Both the position numbers and the translations under genes were made by a program. From Nitrosopumilus sp. (lineage in GTDB: Archaea; Thermoproteota; Nitrososphaeria; Nitrososphaerales; Nitrosopumilaceae): 64,000 nucleotides of DNA. Below are positions 1-11,315 of the stretch, in pieces. The stretch is taken from the NCBI GenBank assembly GCA_965205215.1, contig OZ242041.1:1280001-1344000 (forward strand), read 5' to 3'. Every line of letters begins with the position of its first letter. The stretch's first letter is position 1. A model generated the notes under the pieces. That model was not told the origin of the DNA. It saw only the letters and a program-made list of their open reading frames with translations, and ran no database searches.

Positions 1-1
1 G

Positions 2-730
2 GACAAGGATCCCTCCGTCCTGATAGGGCTCGGGGGCGGGAGCTCGATGGACGTGGTAAAGTACGCGGCTCCCGAAATGAAAAAGGAGAAGATATTGATA
101 CCGACCACCTTTGGGACTGGCGCCGAGATGACCACCTACTGCGTGCTAAAGTTCGAGGGCAAGAAGAAGCTGCTCCGAGAGGACAGGTTCCTTGCCGACA
201 TGGCAGTGGTTGACTCGTACTTTATGGACGGCACGCCGGAACAGGTAATCAAGAACTCCGTGTGCGACGCGTGCGCGCAGGCCACGGAGGGGTACGACAG
301 CAAGATTGGAAACGACATGACAAGGACGCTGTGCAAGCAGGCGTTTGACATTCTGTACGCCGCCATCATGGAGGACAGGCCGGAGGACTATCCCTACGGT
401 TCCATGCTCTCCGGCATGGGATTTGGCAACTGCTCGACTACGCTTGGACACGCGCTCTCCTACGTGTTTTCAAACGAGGGAGTGCCCCACGGGTACTCGC
501 TGTCGTCGTGCACCACGGTGGCGCACAAGCACAACAAGTCGGTATTCTATGAGAGGTTCAAGGAGGCGATGGAAAAGCTCGGATTTGACAGGCTCGAGCT
601 AAAGGCAGACGTGTCGGAAGCCGCCGACGTGGTCATGACCGACCGCGGGCACCTGGATCCCAACCCTATACCGATATCAAAGGGGGATGTCGTAAAGTGC
701 CTAGAGGACATCAAGGCCGGCAACCTGTGA
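2..730 (+). CDS. Iron-containing alcohol dehydrogenase family protein (5' truncated by window edge)
   Basis: Frame is open from base 2: LIGLGGGSSMDVVK (GGGS NAD-binding motif), IPTTFGTGAE, and metal-ligand His in GHALSY...PHG. Confidence 0.85.
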   Translation, partial: DKDPSVLIGLGGGSSMDVVKYAAPEMKKEKILIPTTFGTGAEMTTYCVLKFEGKKKLLREDRFLADMAVVDSYFMDGTPEQVIKNSVCDACAQATEGYDSKIGNDMTRTLCKQAFDILYAAIMEDRPEDYPYGSMLSGMGFGNCSTTLGHALSYVFSNEGVPHGYSLSSCTTVAHKHNKSVFYERFKEAMEKLGFDRLELKADVSEAADVVMTDRGHLDPNPIPISKGDVVKCLEDIKAGNL

Positions 731-916
731 GCATCTGCCTTTTCTGATCTTTTCTGCCGATTGCGTGATGGTACCGTCTTCTTCTTCTTCTTCTTCTGCC
801 TGTGCTTCCCGCGGCGCCGGGGCCGCTGCCATTTATACGCCATAAGCCACCCGCAAGCAGCGCCCGACCCCTGCCCATCGATACACTTTTGTATTCTCAC
901 ACAGGAGTTTTCATGA

Positions 917-2020
917 ATGGGCAGGACTGGGATAAAGTTTGGGATTCAGAACGGGCTGAATGTGGCCCGCGCCGGCTATACGGAGGACCAGATCCTGACT
1001 GCCTGCACGCTTGCCGACAGGACTGGTTATGACTCCATATTCTACATGGATCATACGAATGTCCCGCAGTGGACCAATGCCATTGTGCTTGACCCCTGGG
1101 TCATGCTGTCCGCAATTGCGGCCGTCACTAACAACGTGGAGCTCGGGACGTGCGTAACGGACGCCATCCGCAGGCACCCCTCAAACATCGCCCTTGCGGC
1201 AATCACGCTTGATCGCGTCTCAAAGGGCAGGGCCATACTCGGCATAGGCGCCGGCGAGGCTCAGAACCTCAAGGAGTTCTGCATTCCGTTTGAAAAGCCC
1301 GTCTCAAAGTGGGAGGAGCAGATAGAGGTCGTACACACCCTCTATGACTCGACGCCGGACAACACCGTGGACTATGACGGCAAGTACTACAAGCTGGAGG
1401 GGGCCTGCCTGCAGGCGCCGCCGATCAGGAAGCCCAGGCCGCCCACGTACATGGCGGCCGGCGGCAAGCGCACGCTCGCCCTCACGGGCAAGCTCGGCGA
1501 CGGCTGGCTTCCCATCGGGTACACTCCGGAGCTCTTCGAGGACCACGCGGGCCAGATCAAGGCGTCAATGGACGCAAGCGGCCGGACGCAGGAGGAGAAG
1601 GACAACTTTGAGTACGCGCTGGACATAGACGTGTACTTTTCAGACGACTCTGAGGAGTCGTGGGCGCGCATGAAGGAGGCCGTAAAGGTGAGCCTCTTCA
1701 AGCCCGAGATACTGCGGGTGCATGGACTCAAGGAGATAGAGGGCTTTGACTTTAGAAAGTACTTTACGGAATACTCGATGTCAAACCAGGACTGGATAGT
1801 AAAGATGAGGGAGGCGGCAACGAAGATTCCGGACCCGATTGCGCGCTCGTCCACCGCCGTGGGAACCCCCGACGACGTGATACCGATATTCGAGAGGTTC
1901 ATGGAGGCCGGCGTCAACCACTTTGTCATCAGGTTCTGGGGCAAGAACTATTTCGGCTCGATTGACAAGTTTGCCAGCCACGTGATGCCCGCTCTGCGCG
2001 AAAAGGCGGCCGCGGCGTGA
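917..2020 (+). CDS. LLM-class (luciferase-like) flavin/F420-dependent oxidoreductase
   Basis: DH motif (FYMDH), LDPWVMLSAIAAVT, LDRVSKGRAILGIGAG and GDGW motifs typical of the LLM family. Confidence 0.85.
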   Translation: MGRTGIKFGIQNGLNVARAGYTEDQILTACTLADRTGYDSIFYMDHTNVPQWTNAIVLDPWVMLSAIAAVTNNVELGTCVTDAIRRHPSNIALAAITLDRVSKGRAILGIGAGEAQNLKEFCIPFEKPVSKWEEQIEVVHTLYDSTPDNTVDYDGKYYKLEGACLQAPPIRKPRPPTYMAAGGKRTLALTGKLGDGWLPIGYTPELFEDHAGQIKASMDASGRTQEEKDNFEYALDIDVYFSDDSEESWARMKEAVKVSLFKPEILRVHGLKEIEGFDFRKYFTEYSMSNQDWIVKMREAATKIPDPIARSSTAVGTPDDVIPIFERFMEAGVNHFVIRFWGKNYFGSIDKFASHVMPALREKAAAA

Positions 2021-2070
2021 CTGCCGCACCCGCAACATCTGTTCCACGCTGCCCGTGCCTGCACATTTGA

Positions 2071-2077
2071 TTTATAG
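2071..2077 (+). promoter_or_regulatory. Putative archaeal TATA box (TTTATAG)
   Basis: AT-rich box about 25-30 nt upstream of ATG 2101 in otherwise GC-rich DNA, the usual geometry for a leaderless archaeal transcript. Confidence 0.5.
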
Positions 2078-2100
2078 CACTATGCGGGGTACCTCCCCCC

Positions 2101-2733
2101 ATGCAGCATGCGGGCATACTGCGCATCAAATCCCGGGAAAAGATGATCGAGTTCCTTGACTCTGAGCACATAGGGCGGATCGCAAGCATAGACCGCGACG
2201 GGTACCCGCAGGTCATACCGATGAACTTTGCGTACATTGACGGATCCGTATACATGCACTCGCACACGCGCGGCGAAAAGCTAGACAACGTCGCCCGTAA
2301 CCCGAGGGTCGGATTCGAGGTCGACAGGGAGCTGGAGTTCCTGCCGTCCTACTTTGAGGATCCGCTCGACGCGTCGGTTGCCGACACGCTGTACATCAGC
2401 GTGGTGATAAAGGGCGCGTGCAGCATCGTCTCCGACCGCGGCGAGAAGACGCTTGCGCTCAACGGCCTCATGGCAAAGTACCAGCCGGAGGGCCACTACG
2501 AGCCGATCAGGCCCGACATGGGGGTGGTCGACGCGGTCGCCATCCTGAAGATCACGCCTGAGGTCATGCACGGCAAGTACAAGATAGGGCAGCACATGAG
2601 CCGGGAGCGCCGCCGGGAGCTCGCAGGCCAGATACTCGGGCGCGGCTCCCCGACGGCCGCGGAGACGCTCCGCATAATGGGGTTCGAGGTGACTGATGAT
2701 GGGCCCCGGATGGTCGACGAGCCGGTGTGGTGA
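2101..2733 (+). CDS. Pyridoxamine 5'-phosphate oxidase-like flavin-nucleotide-binding protein
   Basis: GRIASIDRDGYPQVIPMNF...YMHS...GEKLDN..RNPRVGFEVD, split-barrel signature. Confidence 0.85.
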   Translation: MQHAGILRIKSREKMIEFLDSEHIGRIASIDRDGYPQVIPMNFAYIDGSVYMHSHTRGEKLDNVARNPRVGFEVDRELEFLPSYFEDPLDASVADTLYISVVIKGACSIVSDRGEKTLALNGLMAKYQPEGHYEPIRPDMGVVDAVAILKITPEVMHGKYKIGQHMSRERRRELAGQILGRGSPTAAETLRIMGFEVTDDGPRMVDEPVW

Positions 2734-2735
2734 TC

Positions 2736-4916
2736 ATGGGGCGCGCAAGAACCGTTGCAGCAGACGTGTCGGCAGCTGCCGCCACTACCGCCACGGGCAC
2801 GTCGTTCTCCCCCCTGTATGATCACGCCCCCGAATTCGAGCTGGTCTCCCCGTTCGAGCCCACCGGGGACCAGCCGCAGGCCGTGTCGGCGCTGGCATCC
2901 GGCGTGCGGGATAACAAGAGGCAGACCCTTCTCGGCGTGACGGGCTCCGGCAAGACGTTTACCGTGGCAAACGTGATTGCCAAGTGCGGCAAGAACACGC
3001 TTGTGATATCGCACAACAAGACGCTTGCGGCCCAGCTGTATTCTGAGCTAAAGCAGTTCTTTCCGCGCAACAACGTGGGCTACTTTGTGTCATACTACGA
3101 CTACTACCAGCCTGAGAGCTACATACCGCAGACTGACACGTACATCGAAAAGGACACGCAGGTCAACGAGAAGATCGAAAAGATGCGCCTGGAGGCCACC
3201 GCGATGCTGCTCTCCGGCGAGCCGACCATAATCGTCGCCACGGTGTCGTGCATATACTCCCTTGGAAACCCCCGGGACTGGGACAACCTGGCCCTGCGCG
3301 TACGCCGCGGCGACCAGCTGGGGCGCGGCGCGCTGATCCAGAGGCTCGTCGACGCGCGCTACGAGCGCAACGACACGGAGGTCGCGCCCGGAAACTTTAG
3401 GGTCCGCGGCGACACGCTTGAGATCACGCCCGCGTACTCCGAGGACCTGGTGCGCATATCCATGTTCGGGGACGAGATAGAGCGGGTGTCGATACTTGAC
3501 AAGGTGTCGCGCGACGTGGTGCGGGACCTGCCGGAGCTCCGCATATTTCCGGCAAAGCACTACCTTATCGCAAGCGACGTGCGGGCAAACGCAATCCTGT
3601 CGATTAGGGAAGAGCTTGCCGGCAGGCTGCCCGAGCTTGCGGAGCTCGAGCGGCAGCGGCTGGAGTCCCGCACGACGTATGACCTCGAGATGATCGAGGA
3701 GCTCGGATACTGCTCCGGCATAGAGAACTACTCGAGGCACTTTGACGGCCGCAGGCCGGGCCAGCAGGCGTTCTGCCTGATGGACTTTTTTGACGAGGAC
3801 TTTCTGCTGGTCATAGACGAGTCGCACGTGACGCTGCCGCAGCTGCACGGCATGTACAAGGGGGACCACTCGCGCAAGCGCGAGCTGGTGACGCACGGGT
3901 TCAGGCTGGCCAGCGCGTACGACAACAGGCCGCTGAGGTTCGAAGAATTCGAGGAGTACGTGATGAGGCACCCGACTATATTCGTGTCCGCCACACCGGC
4001 CGCGTACGAGCGCGAGGTCTCCTCGGGGGTGGCCGAGCAACTCGTGCGGCCCACGGGGCTGCTTGACCCCCGCGTGGAGCTGCGGCCCACGCAGGGGCAG
4101 ATGGACGACCTGATATCAGAGATAGGCGACAGGGCCGGGCGCGGCGAGCGAGTGCTTGTGACCACGCTTACAAAGAGGATGGCCGAGGATCTGGCCGAGT
4201 ACCTGTCGCGCAGGGACGTGCGCGTACGGTACCTGCACTCTGAGATAGAGGGGCTGCAGCGCACGGAGCTGATACGGCAGCTGCGGCTGGGCGAGTTTGA
4301 CGTGCTTGTCGGGATAAACCTGCTGCGGGAGGGGCTTGACATACCCGAGGTCTCGCTTGTGGCCATACTTGACGCGGACAAGGAGGGATTTTTGCGCAAT
4401 ACCACGAGCCTCATACAGACGTTTGGCAGGGCGGCGCGCAACGCAAACGGCTCCGTTATAATGTACGCGGACACCGTGACCGACTCGATGAGGGCCGCCA
4501 TGGACGAGACTGAGCGCCGCCGTCGGAGGCAGTCCGAGTACAACGAGCGGCACGGGCTCGTGCCGAGAACCATAACCAAGGCAATCCCCGCGGGCGCCGA
4601 GGACTCGGGCAGGTTTGACGACTCGAAGACAAAGTCCGTACACGACATACACAAGGAGCTTGCAGACCTCGGGGCCAAGATGGAGCGGTATTCGCACGAT
4701 CTTGACTTTGAGCAGGCCATAAAGTGCAGGGATACAATAAAAAGACTGACGGAGGAGCTCGAGTCAAGAAATGGTGAAAAGGGTGGCGGGGGCCGCGGAC
4801 GGCAGAAAAAGAGGACTCGCGCTGGCAAGAAAAAGGACGGCGGGGGCCGCGGCAAGGACCGCAACGGTCGCGACGACACCGGCGGCGATGGCAGCATCAA
4901 AAAAGGGCGCCCGTAA
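2736..4916 (+). CDS. uvrB: Excinuclease ABC subunit B
   Basis: PTGDQP, LLGVTGSGKT, YYDYYQPE, DESH, GINLLREGLD, C-terminal UVR coiled coil. The start could also be GTG 2727. Confidence 0.97.
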   Translation: MGRARTVAADVSAAAATTATGTSFSPLYDHAPEFELVSPFEPTGDQPQAVSALASGVRDNKRQTLLGVTGSGKTFTVANVIAKCGKNTLVISHNKTLAAQLYSELKQFFPRNNVGYFVSYYDYYQPESYIPQTDTYIEKDTQVNEKIEKMRLEATAMLLSGEPTIIVATVSCIYSLGNPRDWDNLALRVRRGDQLGRGALIQRLVDARYERNDTEVAPGNFRVRGDTLEITPAYSEDLVRISMFGDEIERVSILDKVSRDVVRDLPELRIFPAKHYLIASDVRANAILSIREELAGRLPELAELERQRLESRTTYDLEMIEELGYCSGIENYSRHFDGRRPGQQAFCLMDFFDEDFLLVIDESHVTLPQLHGMYKGDHSRKRELVTHGFRLASAYDNRPLRFEEFEEYVMRHPTIFVSATPAAYEREVSSGVAEQLVRPTGLLDPRVELRPTQGQMDDLISEIGDRAGRGERVLVTTLTKRMAEDLAEYLSRRDVRVRYLHSEIEGLQRTELIRQLRLGEFDVLVGINLLREGLDIPEVSLVAILDADKEGFLRNTTSLIQTFGRAARNANGSVIMYADTVTDSMRAAMDETERRRRRQSEYNERHGLVPRTITKAIPAGAEDSGRFDDSKTKSVHDIHKELADLGAKMERYSHDLDFEQAIKCRDTIKRLTEELESRNGEKGGGGRGRQKKRTRAGKKKDGGGRGKDRNGRDDTGGDGSIKKGRP

Positions 4917-5007
4917 CGGCTCCGCGAGAACTAGGCCCCTGGGTTCTGTATCCCTTTCCTCCTCTTCCTCCTCTTCCCACTCGCCCCGTCACCCGTACGG
5001 TTATGAC

Positions 5008-7980
5008 ATGGCATCCGACGGGATCGACCCTGCGCAGTATGCCGGAAGGCTCACCGTGCGGGGAGCCCGGCACCACAACCTCAAGAACATCACTGCAAGC
5101 ATGCCGAAGAACAGCCTGGTGGTGATAAGCGGCCTGTCCGGCTCCGGCAAGTCGTCGCTTGCGTTTGACACCATATACGCGGAGGGGCAGAGACGGTACG
5201 TCGAGTCGCTCTCCGCGTACGCGAGGCAGTTTCTGGAGATGATGGAAAAGCCAGAGGTGGACTACATCGAGGGGCTGTCCCCCGCAATCTCCATACAGCA
5301 GAAGACCACTGCAAAAAACCCGAGGTCCACTGTGGGAACCACCACCGAGGTATACGACTATCTGAGGCTACTGTACGCGCGCATCGGCGTGCCGCACTGC
5401 ACGGGGTGCGGGAGGAAGATATCGACGCAGTCCCTTGACGCCATATGCGATTCCGTGCTCCGGATGTACGAGGGGCGGCCGGTTCTGGTACTGGCGCCCG
5501 TAATACAGCGCAAGAAGGGCACGCACGAAAAGGTGTTTGATGATGCGAGGCGCGACGGCTTTTCGCGCGTCCGGGTCAACGGCGAGATGGCATCGCTTCT
5601 GGGTGGCGGCGGCGGGCGCCTCCCGGTGCTTGACAAGAAAAAGTGGCACGACATAGAGATCGTGGTGGACCGCATAACGCCCACCGTGCAGGAGCGCTCC
5701 CGGCTCTTTGAGTCCGTACAGTCTGCGATAAAGGCGTCAAAGGGCACGGTTGTAATATCCGTCGCGTCATCGCGCGGTGCGGGCAGCAGCAGCAACAGCG
5801 GCAGCAGCAAGAACATCCGCACCCGCGGCCGCGCCAAGGATTCTTTGAAGGACGCGGTATTCTCCCAAAAGAATGCGTGCCCGCACTGCGGGCTGAGCGT
5901 AGGCGAGATGGAGCCGCGCAACTTTTCGTTCAACTCGCCCTTTGGCATGTGCGACGAGTGCCACGGGCTGGGCGTCAACCTGCAGTTTGACGAGGATCTC
6001 GTGATTCCAGACCGGTCCATGTGCCTGCTCGAGTACCCGATCGTACCGTGGCGTAGCCAGTACTCTGCATACAAGACTGACAAGCTGATCGAGGTCGCGG
6101 AATACTTTGGGATCGACCTGACCACCCCGCTTGGGAACCTGGGCAAAAAGGAGATGCAGCTCCTGCTGTGGGGGGCCCCTGAGACCGGCCTGAGGCGGGA
6201 GAAGATGTCCACCCTGAAGGATCCCGATACGTACAGCGGGGTGATGAACGACATGTACTACATGCTTGAGAATACCACGTCAGACTCGAAGAGGGACTGG
6301 CTTCGAAAGTTCATGCGCGACATACCGTGCGGCAGGTGCGGGGGCAAGAAGCTCCGGCCCGAATCGCTTGCAGTCAGGGTGGGCGGCAGGGGGATAATGG
6401 AGGTGTGCGACATGTCAATAGAGTCGTGCCACGAGTTCTTCTCCGATCTGCGGCTCTCGGACATGGAGGCGTACATTGCGCGCGACATACTAAAGGAGAT
6501 CACGGAGCGGCTGGAGTTTCTGATGAACGTCGGGCTCACCTACCTGACCCTTGACAGGCGGAGCTCCACCCTGTCCGGCGGCGAGTCGCAGCGCATCAGG
6601 CTTGCGACCCAGATAGGCTCCAACCTGACCGGCGTCCTGTACGTGCTCGACGAGCCCACCATCGGGCTGCACCAGCGGGACAACGAGCGGCTCATCCGCA
6701 CGCTCACAAAGCTGCGCAATCTGGGAAACACGGTGATAATAGTAGAGCATGACGAGGAGGTCATACGCAGCTCCGACTATATCGTGGACCTGGGGCCCGG
6801 GGCCGGGATACACGGGGGGCACGTCGTGTTTGAGGGTACGGTCCAAGAGATGCTGGCCGACAGCCGGTCGCACACAAGCGCGTACCTGCGGGGGGAGATG
6901 ACCGTATCGACTGAGGCGCGCAGCGCAGACCCCGAAGGCGACGGCCGCCGCCACAGCCGCGCCGTCGTGATCCGGGGCGCCTCTGAGCACAACCTAAAGG
7001 GCATAGACGTGGAGATTCCGCTCGGGCGGTTCGTCTGCGTGACCGGCGTGTCCGGCTCCGGCAAGTCGACCTTGGTCACGGAGGTCCTCTACAAGGGGCT
7101 TATGGCGCAAATGTACCAATCCACCGCCAGGGCGGGCGCGCACAAGAGGATAGACGGCATGCAGCATGTCGACAAGGTGATAGAGATAGACCAGTCCCCC
7201 ATAGGAAGGACGCCGCGCTCGAACCCGGCCACGTACATAGACGTGTTCACCCCCGTGCGCGTCATATTCGCCTCGACCCCACTTGCGCGCACGCGTGGCT
7301 ACGAGCCGGGCCAGTTCTCATTCAACGTCAAGGTGGGCCGGTGCTTTGCGTGCGAGGGGGCGGGCGTAAAGCAGATCGAGATGCAGTTTCTCTCCGACGT
7401 GCAGGTCACGTGCGACGAGTGCGGCGGCAAGCGGTACAATTCTGAGACGCTTGCAGTCACGTACAAGGGAAAGAACATCACGGAGGTCCTTGACATGTCG
7501 ATAGACGAGGCGCTCGAGTTCTTTGCAAACGTCCCCGCGGTGCGCTCAAAGCTGCAGACCATGGCCGACGTGGGACTCGGGTACATCAAGCTGGGGCAGC
7601 CCTCCACCACCCTGTCGGGCGGGGAGGCGCAGAGGGTAAAGCTTGCATCCGAGCTGTCCCGCCCCAGCACGGGCAGGACCATGTACATACTCGACGAGCC
7701 CACCACCGGGCTGCACTTTGCAGACGTGCAAAAGCTGCTTGACGTACTTGACCGGCTTGTCAGGATGGGAAACACCGTGGTGGTCATAGAGCACAACATG
7801 GACGTGATCAGGAACTCGGACTGGATAATAGATCTGGGTCCCGAGGGCGGCGAGGCGGGCGGCCAGATAGTGTGCACGGGGACGCCCGAGCAGGTGGCCG
7901 AGGTGCCGGAGAGCCACACGGGGCGGTACCTGCTCCGGGCGCTTGCCGCAAAAAGGCGCGGCAGGGCAGACAAGCAGTGA
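5008..7980 (+). CDS. uvrA: Excinuclease ABC subunit A
   Basis: [10 protein letters not shown], two Walker A motifs ([18 protein letters not shown]), LSGGE signatures and CxxC zinc fingers. ATG 5008 chosen as start because the track's 4771 start overlaps uvrB. Confidence 0.97.
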   Translation: MASDGIDPAQYAGRLTVRGARHHNLKNITASMPKNSLVVISGLSGSGKSSLAFDTIYAEGQRRYVESLSAYARQFLEMMEKPEVDYIEGLSPAISIQQKTTAKNPRSTVGTTTEVYDYLRLLYARIGVPHCTGCGRKISTQSLDAICDSVLRMYEGRPVLVLAPVIQRKKGTHEKVFDDARRDGFSRVRVNGEMASLLGGGGGRLPVLDKKKWHDIEIVVDRITPTVQERSRLFESVQSAIKASKGTVVISVASSRGAGSSSNSGSSKNIRTRGRAKDSLKDAVFSQKNACPHCGLSVGEMEPRNFSFNSPFGMCDECHGLGVNLQFDEDLVIPDRSMCLLEYPIVPWRSQYSAYKTDKLIEVAEYFGIDLTTPLGNLGKKEMQLLLWGAPETGLRREKMSTLKDPDTYSGVMNDMYYMLENTTSDSKRDWLRKFMRDIPCGRCGGKKLRPESLAVRVGGRGIMEVCDMSIESCHEFFSDLRLSDMEAYIARDILKEITERLEFLMNVGLTYLTLDRRSSTLSGGESQRIRLATQIGSNLTGVLYVLDEPTIGLHQRDNERLIRTLTKLRNLGNTVIIVEHDEEVIRSSDYIVDLGPGAGIHGGHVVFEGTVQEMLADSRSHTSAYLRGEMTVSTEARSADPEGDGRRHSRAVVIRGASEHNLKGIDVEIPLGRFVCVTGVSGSGKSTLVTEVLYKGLMAQMYQSTARAGAHKRIDGMQHVDKVIEIDQSPIGRTPRSNPATYIDVFTPVRVIFASTPLARTRGYEPGQFSFNVKVGRCFACEGAGVKQIEMQFLSDVQVTCDECGGKRYNSETLAVTYKGKNITEVLDMSIDEALEFFANVPAVRSKLQTMADVGLGYIKLGQPSTTLSGGEAQRVKLASELSRPSTGRTMYILDEPTTGLHFADVQKLLDVLDRLVRMGNTVVVIEHNMDVIRNSDWIIDLGPEGGEAGGQIVCTGTPEQVAEVPESHTGRYLLRALAAKRRGRADKQ

Positions 7981-8014
7981 TATTTGACATGGTTCTTGCA
8001 GTGACTGTTTTGAA

Positions 8015-9865
8015 ATGACGCCTGCTGACACCGCTGCCGCCGCCGCTGCTAACGCGCCGCAGCCCTCACCACCACCACCACCACCCACACCGCAGCGGCC
8101 GTTTGACATGCAGCCTTCTGCGATACCCGACAGCCCCGGGGTCTACATAATGAAGGACGTCAAGGGGCGCATAATCTACATCGGCAAGGCAAAGAGCCTG
8201 CGCAAGCGCGTAAGGTCGTACTTTGGCAACAAGACGCACGATAACTACAAGACGCAGAGGCTGGTGGAGCTGGTGGCCGGCGTGGAGTTTGTGGTAACCG
8301 ACACGGAGGGCGAGGCCTTCCTGCTCGAGTCCAACATGATAAAGCGGCACCGGCCGCGCTTTAACATCGAGCTCAAGGACCAGCAGCGCTACACGTACCT
8401 GCGGATATCCGATGAAAAGTACCCGCGGCTGCTGGTGTCCAGGCGGACCCGGGACGGGCGCTTTCTTGGCAAGGGGCAGACCTTTGGGCCGTTTGTGCAG
8501 GGGAGCTCCAAGATACTCACAGTCGGGGCGCTGAGAAAGGCGTTTCAGATACGCATCTGCAAGACGCTCCCAAAAAAGGTCTGCCTGGAGTACCACCTTG
8601 GAAACTGCGAGGGGCCCTGCGAGTTCGAGTCGGCCCAGAAGAGGTACCAGGGTCACGTCGACGCCCTCAGGGACGTCCTTGCGGGATCCGACCAGCTAAA
8701 GATTTTCTCTGAAAAGCTGAGGCTGCAGATGAAAGAGGCTGCCGACGCGAGGCACTTTGAGCGCGCAATCGAGATACGGGACACGCTTGTCCGCCTTGAC
8801 GGGCTGAACTCGGGCCAGAAGATGGAGCGCGTGAAGAGCTCCGACGAGGAATACTTTGGCATCGCAGTACGCGACCACACGGCCGTGGTCATGACGTTCC
8901 GCATGATTCACGGGGTGATTCGGGACAGCGACAAGTTCGTGTTTGACGCGATGGCCGACAACACGTTTGCCGGGTTCCTGTACCAGTATTATACGACTAG
9001 GCGCATACCGCACCACATCGTACTGAGCGAGATGCCGCAGGACGCGGAACTCTTGGAGTCCCTGCTCTCTGAGCGCGCAGGCCACGCGGTGGACATGTCG
9101 GTGCCTCAGAGGGGCAGGCGCAAGGAGATGATTGACCTGATACTAAGAAACGTAGCGATAGTGCATGAAAGCGGCGCCGGCGATTATGGCGAGGCCGGCG
9201 ACTCTCTTGGCGCCGTGGACGGCCGTATTGGGAGCGGCCGCTTCCCCACATCTGCAGAGTCTCCCGGACTCTTGCAGCTGCAGGGCGCGCTCGGGCTCGC
9301 GCGCATCCCGCACGTAATAGAGTGCTTTGACGTTTCAAACCACGGCGAGGCGTTTGCGGTGGGCTCGATGTCGCGGTTTGTGGGGGGCGTTCCTGACAAG
9401 TCGGGGTACCGCAGGTTCAGGATAAAGACCGTGGACGGCCGTGACGACTATGCGATGATATCTGAGATTGTCCACAGGAGGTATCGCCGCATCCTGGACG
9501 GGAGGGCGGGTAGCCGCGGCGGCAGCGGCCGCGGCGATGCTGATGACAATGATGTTGCCCCTGCCGCCGACCCCGGCACGGACAAAAAGACCGCAGAGCT
9601 TCCAGACTTGGTGGTAATTGATGGCGGCAAGGGACAGCTTGGCGCCGCGCTAAAGTCGCTTTTCAAGCTGGGGCTGCACGACCTGCCCTGCGTCTCGCTT
9701 GCAAAGGAGAACGAGGAGGTGTACGTGCCTGGGCGCAGCGACCCGGTCGTGATCCCGAGAAGCGACCGGTCACTTAAGATACTGCAGCATGCCCGGGACG
9801 AGTCGCACAGGTTCGGCGTGTCGTACAACCGCGCCCTCCAGAAAAAGATGATGCAGAACCGGTAA
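8015..9865 (+). CDS. uvrC: Excinuclease ABC subunit C
   Basis: GIY-YIG domain (PGVYIM...IYIGKAKSLRKRVRSYF), IECFDVS, IDGGKGQL, RDESHRF. Confidence 0.95.
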   Translation: MTPADTAAAAAANAPQPSPPPPPPTPQRPFDMQPSAIPDSPGVYIMKDVKGRIIYIGKAKSLRKRVRSYFGNKTHDNYKTQRLVELVAGVEFVVTDTEGEAFLLESNMIKRHRPRFNIELKDQQRYTYLRISDEKYPRLLVSRRTRDGRFLGKGQTFGPFVQGSSKILTVGALRKAFQIRICKTLPKKVCLEYHLGNCEGPCEFESAQKRYQGHVDALRDVLAGSDQLKIFSEKLRLQMKEAADARHFERAIEIRDTLVRLDGLNSGQKMERVKSSDEEYFGIAVRDHTAVVMTFRMIHGVIRDSDKFVFDAMADNTFAGFLYQYYTTRRIPHHIVLSEMPQDAELLESLLSERAGHAVDMSVPQRGRRKEMIDLILRNVAIVHESGAGDYGEAGDSLGAVDGRIGSGRFPTSAESPGLLQLQGALGLARIPHVIECFDVSNHGEAFAVGSMSRFVGGVPDKSGYRRFRIKTVDGRDDYAMISEIVHRRYRRILDGRAGSRGGSGRGDADDNDVAPAADPGTDKKTAELPDLVVIDGGKGQLGAALKSLFKLGLHDLPCVSLAKENEEVYVPGRSDPVVIPRSDRSLKILQHARDESHRFGVSYNRALQKKMMQNR

Positions 9866-10244
9866 CTGGGGTCCCGTCACCTGCCCGAGTTGGGAATTCA
9901 CTTGCGGGATGGCACTCGCGCCCTGCCCCACGTCCACCTGATTCCCGTACCGTCTATCTGTCCTGCGGCGCATTGCCTGCGCCCCTGGTGGTTCCGCGGA
10001 TCCTGGCCGTGCGTGCTGCGCGGCGTCCTCTGGCGGGGGACTTGGCGTCTACGGGGCCGAATCTGTCGAACTCTGTCTTTTTTATGCGTGCCTGGAACGG
10101 TGCGGGGTGCAGGAAGTACTGCGTTTGCCGGCATGCTGCCCGCGGGTTTTTGCCTGATGCCGTACACTGAAGCATGGCTGATCTTGGCGTAAATTCCGCG
10201 TGGTTGGCATATGCACGGGCTGCGCACGGCGCGCACCGCCGGTT

Positions 10245-10263
10245 AAAAAACAAAAATAAAAAA
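10245..10263 (-). terminator. Putative oligo-T archaeal terminator for the blue-copper gene
   Basis: A-rich run on + (T-rich on -) directly after the stop codon at 10266. Confidence 0.5.
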
Positions 10264-10265
10264 TC

Positions 10266-11315
10266 CTAGTTTACAGTTACCGTGCCTTCCATCCATGGAT
10301 GGACCATGCAAAAGTACTCGATGGTGCCTGCCTCTTCAAACGTATACTCGAAGCCGGCGCCGACCATGACCAGACTGCTGTCAAAGATGCCTGTAGGTCC
10401 GTCCGTTGCACTGCCGCTGGTTATGGTGTGCGCCGCCGTGTCGGAATTGATCCATGATACTGTGTCTCCTACGTTGATTACAACATCTGCTGGTACGAAG
10501 CATGCGTCGTCTACCTCACATCCCGGCAATGCCGTTCCTTCTGGCATGTCGACTGTGACTGTCTGGGGTCCTGCCATGGTATCCTCTTTCTCAGCTGGCT
10601 CTGCATCCTTGTCCTCTTTTGCCATGCCGTCTCCATATTCAGAGTCGCCATCCTTTTCCTTCATTGCATCCTTGTCCTCTTTTGCCATGCCGTCTCCATA
10701 TTCAGAGTCGCCATCCTTTTCCTTCATTGCATCCCTTTCTTTGTCCTTCATCATTTCTGACTTTTCCATCACACTGTAGTCGTCTGTCTCTTCGCCGTCT
10801 ACAAGTATGAGATCGACTACTTCAATGCCTTCTTTTGACTTGATGAGTGTCAGCTTTCCGTCCTCTGCTGCGTCGATTGCGATGACCACCGAGTTGTCCT
10901 CCATGTTGACGCTGGCGTCAGTTACCATTCCTCCCTTGATGTAGTACGGGACGCAATAGCCGCTGATTCCGAGCTTGTTTTCTGGACATTCGGTCTCTTC
11001 GTCGCTTAGCTCATACGATGGCGATATGAGTATCTCGATCGTCTCTGCTCCTGCTCCAAATTGGATGGTAAGCGCCATCTTGTCCTCCATTGTCGTCTCT
11101 TTGTCCTTGTCCATCACCTCTGGCTCCGGTTCCATCACCTCTGGCTCCGGTTCCATCACCTCTGGCTCAGGCTCCATGACTGGTGCCGGTCTCTCAACTG
11201 GTGCAACAGGTGCAAGCGTATTGCTCTGCGTCGCCTCTCCGGCCATTGCAAAGGCCACGCCTATCGCCACAATTGCAATTGAGAATCCTATTGCTGCCTT
11301 GTCAATTGCTGCCAT
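10266..11315 (-). CDS. Membrane-anchored blue (type 1) copper / plastocyanin-azurin domain protein
   Basis: N-terminal hydrophobic anchor; C-terminal cupredoxin with AAHTITSG and YFCMVHPWM (His/Cys/His/Met ligands). Confidence 0.9.
   Translation of the reverse strand: MAAIDKAAIGFSIAIVAIGVAFAMAGEATQSNTLAPVAPVERPAPVMEPEPEVMEPEPEVMEPEPEVMDKDKETTMEDKMALTIQFGAGAETIEILISPSYELSDEETECPENKLGISGYCVPYYIKGGMVTDASVNMEDNSVVIAIDAAEDGKLTLIKSKEGIEVVDLILVDGEETDDYSVMEKSEMMKDKERDAMKEKDGDSEYGDGMAKEDKDAMKEKDGDSEYGDGMAKEDKDAEPAEKEDTMAGPQTVTVDMPEGTALPGCEVDDACFVPADVVINVGDTVSWINSDTAAHTITSGSATDGPTGIFDSSLVMVGAGFEYTFEEAGTIEYFCMVHPWMEGTVTVN
10602..10734. repeat. 63-bp perfect tandem duplication (DAMKEKDGDSEYGDGMAKEDK x2)
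   Basis: Units start at 10602 and 10665; a partial third unit starts at 10728. Confidence 0.9.
11110..11177. repeat. 21-bp tandem repeat x3 (EPEPEVM)
   Basis: tccatcacctctggctccggt units at 11110, 11131 and 11152 (third slightly degenerate). Confidence 0.9.

Noticed and set aside
4771-5007. 79-aa N-terminal extension of UvrA
   Set aside because: Overlaps the uvrB 3' end in another frame and is low-complexity; ATG 5008 is more plausible.
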